Positions 55,310-64,000 of a stretch of DNA of 64,000 bases are shown piece after piece (positions within the stretch are counted from its first letter, which is position 1; each line of letters begins with the position of its first letter). Source of the stretch: Octopus vulgaris (taxonomy: Eukaryota); NCBI GenBank assembly GCA_951406725.2, contig OX597826.1:71672001-71736000 (forward strand), in the 5' to 3' direction. The notes under the pieces are model-generated. The model was not told where the DNA came from, searched no databases, and worked only from the letters and a program-made list of their open reading frames with translations. The position numbers and the translations under genes were made by a program.

Positions 55310-55712
55310 CTCTTTACTTGTTTCAGTCATTTGACTGCGGCCATGCTGGAGCACCGCCTTTAGTCGAGCAAATCGACCCCGGGACTTATTCTTTGTAAGC
55401 CCAGTACTTATTCTATCGGCCTCTTTTGCCGAACCGCTAAGTGACGGGGACGTAAACACACCAGCATCGGTTGTCAAGCAATGCTAGAGGGACAAACACA
55501 GACACACAAACATATACATACACATACATACATATATATACATATATACGACAGGCTTCTTTCAGTTTCCGTCTACCAAATCCACTCACAAGGCATTGGT
55601 CGGCCCGAGGCTATAGCAGAAGACACTTGCCCAAGATGCCACGCAGTGGGACTGAACCCAGAACCATGTGGTTGGTAGGCAAGCTACTTACCACACAGCC
55701 ACTCCTGCGCCT
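55309..55712 (-). mobile_element. SINE family A, full-length young copy
   Basis: CpG-rich and near-identical to the copy at 23555. Confidence 0.9.
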
Positions 55713-56154
55713 ATATATAGATTATAGCTTAGAAAAATGAACAAAAAAGATCTCACTCAAGCTACTGAAAACATGACTTGGAAATATTTCTGAGAAGTAA
55801 CTTGTATGAATGGAGAAGGAGATGGTAGGAGCACTGTGAGAACTATGTACGTATGTGGTCAGCTTTGCTTCCGGTCCAGCAGACAGTGCGATGTGGTGAG
55901 TAATGTGGGGGAGGACAGTGTGACATGTTTCAACAAATCAAAACATGTCAGCAGACAGCTGTTGCTACAACTTTGAAACAGCGTGGGTGTGTGTTGGGGG
56001 CGGTGTGGTTTCAAACTGAAATAAATTTCTTGCTCTATTTATTCCAGTAAATTATATTCAATATGGGTGTGTCTCTTTCAAAGCAACTGTGGTATAAAGT
56101 TGTGAATGTCAGTATGTATATCTGTAGGCACCCACATACACACAAATATGTATG

Positions 56155-56560
56155 TCATCATCATCATCGTTTAATGTCCGCTTTCCATGCTAGCATGGGT
56201 TGGACGATTTGACTGAGGACTGGCGAACCACATGGCTGCACCAGGCTCCAATCTGATATGGCAGAGTTTCTACAGCTGGATGCCCTTCCTAACGCCAACC
56301 ACTCTGAGAGTGTAGTAGGTGCTTTTATGTGCCAGTTAGGTGGTACTGGCAACGGGCACGCTCAAATGGTGCTTTTTATGTGCCACCTGTACTGGAGCCA
56401 GTCCAGTGGCACTGGCAACGACCTCGCTCGATTGTTTTTTCATGTGCCACCAGCACAAGTGCCAGTAAGGCGACACAGGTAATGATCACGCTCGAATGGT
56501 GCTTTTTACGTGCCACCGGCATGGACGCCAGCTTGTTGCTCTGGCAATGATCACACTCGG
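56155..56560 (-). mobile_element. Family C retroposon
   Basis: Family match. Confidence 0.85.
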
Positions 56561-57216
56561 ATGATGATGATGATGATGATGATGAAACACATGCATATGA
56601 CAGACTTCTTTCAGTTTCCATCTACCAAATCCACTCACAAGGCTTTGGTCAGTTCGGGGCTATGATACAAGGCACTTATTGAAAATGCAAAGCTATGCAG
56701 TGGGACTGAACCTGGAACCTCTTGGTCAGGAAGCAAACTTGTCACCACACAGCCAAAGCTGCACCTATATATATGAAGCTTCCTCAGTTTGAGCATTGTT
56801 ACTGCTATTGATTGTAGGCGATGGTGATGCTGCTGCTGATGGTTTTTAATTGATTAATTTTCTTTTTCTGTTTCATCATTTTACCTACAGAGGTTCTTTC
56901 TTTCTCTCTCTCTCTCTCTTGGGAACCTACTTTTATTGTACATGAATTGTGTTGGAGCGGGGGGGGGGGGGTTCAACATATGTAACAATATCTTCAAACA
57001 ACAACCGACTTGCTTTTATGCCTGAAGAAGCACGTGAAAAAGCTTAGTCAACAAACAATAGATAAAGTATGATTGGTTTCTGGTTCGCTTTGTGTAAATC
57101 CCCGTATTTATATGTCTTCATTCTCATGAGGTCAATAAAATAAATACTGGATTCTGTGCAATCAATTATATCAAAGAGGGCAGTGCTCCAGCTTGGTCAC
57201 AATTTATACACACACA

Positions 57217-58451
57217 CACTAGGTGATCAAAAGTGTTCAAAACCCCCAATGATGACGAAGTACAAGTTTGGACTACCCTCCATCAGGAACACTGGTACAG
57301 TGTTGACCCACCCTAAGCCTTGACAATAACCTTCACTCTCAATCAGGGGGTGGAAGGTTTCCTGGGGAATGGCAGTCCATTCTTCACAGAGTGCCAAAAT
57401 GAGCAAGGGTATTGATGTGGGTCGGTGTGGTCCAGCACAAAGTCACCTTTCCAGAACATTCCAGAGATGTGCGATGGGATTTAAAACAGGACTCTGCACA
57501 GGCCGGTCCCTTAGTGGGATGTCGTTGTTGTTGTCAAACCACTCCCCTACAAACCCTGCAGTATGGATGGGTACTTGGTTGCTTTGAAAGACACAAAGGT
57601 CATTCCTGAATTGGTCTTCAATAGTAGGCAACATGAAAGTGGTTAAAAAGTCAGTGTAAGCTTGTGCTGTGACAATGCTCTGTAAAGCAACAAAAGGACC
57701 AAGTCTCCTCTAGGCGAAACATGACCCCCACCACCGCCAAAATTCAATGTCAGCACTATACAGGCTGGTGCATATCATTCACCAGGCATTCACCACACCA
57801 TACTCTACCATCGGATCACCACATTGTGTACTGTGATTCATCACTCCATATGATGGTTTTCCACTGTTCTATAGTTTAGTTTCAATGCTCTTTACACCAT
57901 GCGAGGTGGCATTAGGCATTTGTCTGTGTGATGTGTGGCTTATGGGCAGTTGCTCTTTCATGCGAACCAAGTTTCCGCACCTCGCACCAAACAGTCATTC
58001 ATGGTGCTTGGAGTAGCTCCTGCTGCAGTTTGGAATTCTTATGTGATGGTGGTGAGGGAAGATAGACGATTATGCTGTACGACACTCTTCAACACTTGAT
58101 AGTCTTTAGGGGTTAACAGGGGTGGTTGGTCTGAATGCTTTTCAGTTGTATATGTCCCTTCACATTTCCACTTCACTATTACCTCAAAAACAATGGACCT
58201 AGAGATGTTCAGGAGAGTGGAAATCTCATGCACAGGCTTACTAGACAAGTGGCACCCAACCACCTGACCATGATGAAAGTCTGTTAGCTCTTCAGAGCAA
58301 CCCATTCTGCTGCCTAGCATTGTCTTCTGGAAAGTGAAATCGCTGACCATATAGTAAATGGTCATACTGTGGCACCCTCTGTGATCTACTGTGTCACCTT
58401 CTACAATAAATGTGTTTTGCGGGGTGTCAGGATACTTCTGATCACATAGTT
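57217..58451 (-). mobile_element. Tc1-like DNA transposon with disrupted transposase
   Basis: TIRs cactaggtgatcaaaagt / acttctgatcacatagtt|ta. N-terminal HTH region MGCSEELTDFHHGQVVGCHLSSKPVHEISTLL... starts at 58305. The C-terminal PVQSPVLNPIAHLWNVLER is a degenerate SPDLNPIEHLW motif. Confidence 0.92.
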
Positions 58452-58518
58452 TATGTATGTGTGTATATATATGTGTGTGTGTGTGTGCACGTTGGTAAAA
58501 AGAACCAGTATAAAACAT

Positions 58519-59282
58519 AGTGAAAAATTATAACATTTTTGCTGTGAGGATAAGTAGTGGTAATTCCCATGATTTGATGTTAGCCATGGTTGAAGCATGT
58601 CGGACATGTATACATTTATATCATTCCTAGTCCAAAAATGGGCTTGACCATGCTGCTAAAATGAATTTCCTTTCATAAGGGCAGTATCTGAGTATCTCTC
58701 TTCTTGAGTTTGGAAACCATCTGGATCATGTGAATTTTTCAGAATGACTTTCATCTATGTCAAACAAAGCTTGCTTCCATTCAGATATGGTCCAGAAGTT
58801 CTAAAAGTTTCCACTTCATTTAGTATAGGATTGCTTCCTCTTTTAACTGCCATATATAGTTGGTGAATGTTGTAACACTGCATCTCCCTTGAATTCAAAA
58901 AGAGGATATGTGATTATTCAGCCTAGCTTTAAAGAGGATCTGGGTTACTCCATTGTTGTTGGATGACATCACTTCTGCTTCACAGACCACAGTTTCTGTG
59001 TTGCACTACCCAATCACTGGACACTCTCTTTAAACTCTATATGAATATTATGCATCTGCTTAGGGTCTTGGGGTACTCATTAATATTCCTTTTGATTCTA
59101 AGCACACAGCTGAATGAGATTCAGATGCTGTTCTTCTGAGCAGAAATTGGTTTTGACAACACAGTCATGCCCCTTTTTGAACTGGGGAATGACATCTACA
59201 CAAGTGCTTCAACCATGGCTAACATTAAATCCAAGGGAAGTAAATCTCCATGCCCTCCTGGAAAATGTTATAATTTTTCAGT
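58519..59282 (-). mobile_element. Old, internally deleted Tc1/Tc3-like element with long diverged TIRs
   Basis: 58521-58695 and about 59110-59280 are imperfect reverse complements (tgaaaaattataacattt; atgttagccatggttgaagca). The interior has EWKQ..F..DE and DPDGFQ remnants. Confidence 0.65.
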
Positions 59283-59399
59283 TTCCTTGTTTGTTTTTTT
59301 TGTTTTGTTTAAGCAAAAGTGAATCATCCATGGCCTCTATATATCTTCAATATAAAAGGGACTAGAGTTTCCAATCAGTAACACTGTCTAGTGCAACAT

Positions 59400-59585
59400 C
59401 ATCATCATCATCATCGTTTAACGTCTGCTTTCCATGCTAGCACGGGTTGGACAGTTTGACCGGGGTCTGGGAAGCCAGGATGCTGCACCAGGCTCCAGTC
59501 TGATCTGGCAGTGTTTCTACAGCTTGATGCCCTTCCTAACACCAACCACTCCGAGAGTGTAGTGGGTGCTTTTTACATGCCAGTT
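59400..59585 (-). mobile_element. Family C retroposon
   Basis: Family match. Confidence 0.85.
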
Positions 59586-61557
59586 GGTGCAAAACCAGTT
59601 ATATACCATAACTAATAATATATTGCTCAACGTATTCAAAAATATGGCTATGTGGGTATAGAGTTCACTTTGTAAGCAAGTGGTCATATGTTCTTTCACA
59701 ATATGGCACCTTGATCAAATTTGAGCTGACCAATGCCTTGTGAGTGGAAATGATAGATAGAAACTGTATGAGTTCCCATTGTATACACATACACCTGCAT
59801 ATGTGCCTTGCCAATGTCTACATTCCACCCCTTTACATGAAACTTTTGAGCTAAAAATGGTTGTGTTTGTTGGCATTCACTGACAGAAAATTGTCCTCAA
59901 GTTCTACAGTTTCAACAGCATATAGAATAAAAAAAAATCCCTAATTTAAAAAATAGAGGTAATGGTCAGTGACAGGAAAGGCATCAAACTGTAAAACAAT
60001 GCTTCAATAATAAAATTTGACAAGTCAGTCAGTCGCCGGCTGACGCTCGTTGACGCTACACCGAAGAGGCCAGGGAACAGAAAAGAGAAGAAGAGAGAAG
60101 ACATGCACCCAACACCAGAGCCGAAGACACCTCCGAAAGGGGGAGGGGGCGCCACGTCAAAATGGTAGAGGAGTAGGGGCCGAAACTGGACGTGGTTCCT
60201 CCCGACGATGTCTTGAGCTAACTGGATCCTATAAAGGAGCTGTTGTGGTAGCAGACCATGAAACACGGTTGTAATTCCTTCCTATGTGTCCAAGCCTAAT
60301 TAGCATGGAAAAATGGACATAAAAAGAATCGGCATTCAAGCACTGACAAACATGATCCTGTCTTCTGGTCCACGTGTGATCTGCCACCTTTCTCTGATGA
60401 TGGCCTCTGCTCTCGGAGCTATCAGGTTTTATACGTTCACCATTTAAGTACCCCAGAAACACACTCAATAATAATATTCCTGTTTGCAACTAGACAGGAA
60501 AAATGTATTCAATATGGTAAAGTAAAATGAAATGAGATTTATATAAAGCAGAAGTTGAGCAAGTGACTACACAAGTCTTGTGTTTGAGCAGCTACTCAAG
60601 TTATACTCCCTGACCAAGCAAAAGTGCAACGCTTGAGGAGTAACTCACTTAAACTCAGCTTAGAACAAAAACTATTTGTGTGTGTGCATGTGGGGGGGGG
60701 GGCGGTTGTAAATAGATTGGTAGACAGATAAACAGATCTTGTCCACATTTTTCTGGTTTACTTGTACTTGTGAAGGTACTTAAGTTTTAACCATTTACAC
60801 TTAATACACACACACACACACACACATACAAATTGGATAGGGAGATAGACAGACTAGAAGGCAATGTTCACATGCAAAAAATGGCCTTGACATATCAACA
60901 AAGTACTATGTCTTTATTAGACCAACAGCAAAGCAGAAATTCCACTGGTTATGTGGAACAGAGCCCAAATATTTCTCCTGGTTGTCAGTAGCTTAGTAAT
61001 TGACATTATTCCAATCTCATGGTTTACATCACAGCTTACTACCCACCACCCCATCATCTTATCATCATGAATTACCAAGAGTCCTTCCATTTGCATACAC
61101 CAAATCTCTAATACCAAAATTCTTTTATTCTATCACCACCCCCGCTGTCCTTATGCTTATACTACAAAGCATGTTTCTGGGGTAAAGAATTTTGCATCTT
61201 TTAGCATGTGGTTAGGTCTTCTATTACAGCCTTGGGTTCATCAATACATTATAGTGGAAACTGGTAGACAGACACTAGGTAGAAATCCATCATGTGTGTG
61301 TGTGATGCAATTCAATGACTATATATATAAATAAGGATAAGATAGTTTAATTATTGATCTTATCAAGTGGCCAGCAATGGGAATAAAAACCCTCAAAGGT
61401 AATAATTATTATTAAAATTATAATTTAGGGTATCTAAGAGATACCTCCACGCTGGAAATAGCAGCCAAAACTTAACTCTAAAACCACATTAAATGTTCAT
61501 ACCGCACCAGGAGAGAAGACAAAAGGACAAGATGAACTAGCAAAAAATTACTGGATA

Positions 61558-61616
61558 ATTCCAGATCCTGGATTTCTGGCTTTGCATTTAGAAATGCATT
61601 GCCTCATCAGTGGAAT
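61558..61616 (-). ncRNA. Type I hammerhead ribozyme-like motif in a Penelope-like fragment (about 61330-61620)
   Basis: Minus strand reads attcca CUGAUGA ggc-aa-tgcattt-ct-aaatgca-aa-gcc a GAAA tccagga UC tggaat. All three stems can pair. There is one extra A before GAAA. Confidence 0.72.
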
Positions 61617-62114
61617 ATACACAGATAGTAACATATATACACATATATATACATATAACATACAAATACTTATATATACAAACGAATACATACATATATA
61701 TATGCACGTATGCACCGAACCAGTTTAAATTGATCGCCTATATCTCTTCATGCGATATGGTCAAAACATCAACTGCATAATTTATATATATATATATATA
61801 TCCTTTAAGAGTTTGTTTACGGTTAACGTTTTGAATGTGCATCTAAAAGCTCCTATTCCATTATGCTGGCAACAGACTAATGATGCCAACTGGCAATACC
61901 AATTTTTGGGAAGGTCACACCAAACTGTGCCAATACAATGTAGGATAAATATAGTAATAATAATAATAATAACAATCTTTGGATGGAATTTATAAATATT
62001 TGTGTAGCGTTGCATTAAAATATTTATTAATTCCATCCAAGGATTATCATTATTATTACTACATATATATATATCGAAGACATTAAAAATAAGAACGGAG
62101 AATTATATATACTA

Positions 62115-62638
62115 TTGGGTTGTCCGGAAAGTTCGTGCCAATTTTTAGAGGAAAGAAAAAGGTCAATAAATACTTGCCATTAGATCTTTAACCAACCAAA
62201 TATGAACCATTTTGTTGCACAATGCATCTCCATCTTTCCTTTGACTTGAAAATACCCTCTTCCCAGAATTCATCATCCAAGGAATTGAAATTTTTACCAT
62301 TAAGACTATTCTGCAGAGACCTGGATAAATGGAAATCCGAAGGAGCAATATCTGGTGAATATGGAGGGTGGGGGTAACATATCCCAGCCGAGCTGCAGCA
62401 ATTTTTGTCTGGTTTCCAAAGCATCAAAGCCGAAAATAAACTTTCTTATCTTCCATTTTAAAGGGTTACAAAATTAACACAGGTTATAGGAACATAAACC
62501 TTCCTCCATGAAAAGATAGCTTAAACTGTGCTCTAAATGGAGGTGTAGTCAAATCCTATTTCAGGGACTCAACCATGTTCTAAAATAAGTCGAAAGGTAA
62601 GCTACTATTAATCGGCACAAACTTTCCAGAAAACCCAA
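62115..62638 (-). mobile_element. Internally deleted mariner transposon
   Basis: TA flanks. TIR ttgggttgtccggaaagttcgtgcc / ggcacaaactttccagaaaacccaa. HPPYSPDIAPSDFHL is the mariner (DD34D) YSPDLAPSD motif. Confidence 0.93.
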
Positions 62639-63138
62639 TACATTCACTTTAAATCTCTGTCTGGCACGTGTTTCTACTGCATAGATATCCTAAGATGTGG
62701 CATTCAATTGCATCCTGTTGGTTCCATTGCATTATAAGTTCATCCAGGGTATATGTATCCATGCAGTTTTATTGAAGGTGTTACCACTAGGAGTATTTGA
62801 AGTGAACTTGTGAAGAATCACATGTTGTGCAGAGATTTAAAATGAATGTGTTGTATATAATACTGCAATAAACAAGCTTTCGAGAATGTATACTTCTCCA
62901 GTCTTATTTTTAATGTCTTGAATATACACTCTGTATATTGTATAAAATCCAAAGAAGCAGACTTAGGATTTACCCATCAGGTGAAATATTGTGTGATTGT
63001 TTACCTTAAACAATTTCCCATTGTTCATTACCATTTGATGTGGTTAACCAGAACCTAGATTATACTAGAGTGCTTGTAAGGTACCTGCCTGGATTCAAAA
63101 TCCATATTCCTTTACATTTCATATATATATATATATGT

Positions 63139-63440
63139 GTGGAGGCACATGGCTGAGTGGTTAGAGAAGCAGACTTGCAGTTGAGGGATCGCGGGTTCGA
63201 ATCTCAGACCAGGTGATGTGTGTGTTTATGAGCGAAACACCTAAGCTCCACGTGGCACTGGCAGAAGGTAATGGCGAACTTCTGCTGACTCTTTCGCCAC
63301 AAATTTCTCTCACTCTTTCCTCCTGCATCTTCCAGCTCACCTGCGATGGACTGACGTCCTGTCCAGGTGGGGAGCCTATACACCAAGGAAACCAGGAAAC
63401 TGGCCCTATGAGCCAGGGATGGCTTGAGAAGGAACAAACA
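63139..63440 (+). mobile_element. tRNA-derived SINE, family D-related variant
   Basis: tRNA-like head ggaggcacatggctgagtggtta...ggttcgaatc. Its tail is shared with family D (gcgatggactg.cgtcc..tccag). Confidence 0.7.
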
Positions 63441-63451
63441 AACAAATATAT

Positions 63452-63832
63452 AGGTGGTGTGGCTGTGTGGTAAGAAGTTTGCTTCCCAACCACATGGTTC
63501 CAAGTTCAGTTCCACTACTTGGCACCCTGGGCAAGTGTCTTCTACAATAGTCTTGGGCCAACCAAAGCCTTGTGAGTGGATTTGGTAGATGGAAACTGAA
63601 AGTAGCCGATCATGTGTTTGTGTGTGTGTGTATGTCCCCTGCCATCACTTGACAGCTGATATTGGTGTGTTTACATACTGGTAACTTAGCAGTGCAACAA
63701 AAGAGAATGATAGAATAAATACCAGGCCTAAAAAAAAAGGATAAGTACAGGGGTCAATTCATTCAACTAAAAGTTCTTCAAAGCAGTGCCCCAGCATGGC
63801 CACAATCAAATGACTGAAACAAGTAAAAGATA
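63452..63832 (+). mobile_element. SINE family A
   Basis: Head, core and tail present. Confidence 0.85.
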
Positions 63833-64000
63833 ATACACACACACACTTACATGTATAAATATAAACAATTGTTGAGAAATAAATATAACAAAACAAGGTT
63901 AAAACAAATAACAATATAAATATATATTTCTGTTTTTGTAATATTTTACAATTTTCAAAGCAATTTCCAAAAATATCTCATTTCCTTTGGTCTTGAAAAG

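Noticed and set aside
57015-57060. Third hammerhead candidate (ctgaaga...gaaa)
   Set aside because: Stems I, II and III cannot be formed convincingly.
62649-62762. Minus-strand peptide MDTYTLDELIMQWNQQDAIE..., reminiscent of Cys-loop receptor loop B
   Set aside because: There is an in-frame stop just upstream, no fitting splice sites and no other receptor exons nearby.

Overview
AT-rich eukaryotic genomic DNA dense in SINEs and microsatellites. The repeat families resemble those of coleoid cephalopods (Octopus-like; recognised by eye, not by database search). The only well-supported gene is the 5' end of a minus-strand cyclin I (CCNI): two coding exons at 3903-3790 and 1331-1203, a probable non-coding first exon and NF-Y promoter near 11.6-11.7 kb, with the rest of the gene off the left edge. 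The remainder is tRNA-derived SINEs, RTE-like LINE remnants, an R4/Dong fragment beside a (TAA)n tract, Penelope-like fragments, Tc1/mariner remnants, several MITE families (Tc2-like, piggyBac-like, Merlin-like), a Helitron-like element and long simple repeats. Nearly all ORFs in the supplied track are microsatellite or repeat artefacts. The most notable unexplained features are two minimal hammerhead-ribozyme motifs, a tandemly duplicated IRF + NF-kB module next to a possible second promoter at about 29-30 kb, a 64-bp inverted repeat pair 1.3 kb apart, and hints of spliced non-coding transcription. I found no convincing new multi-gene system.
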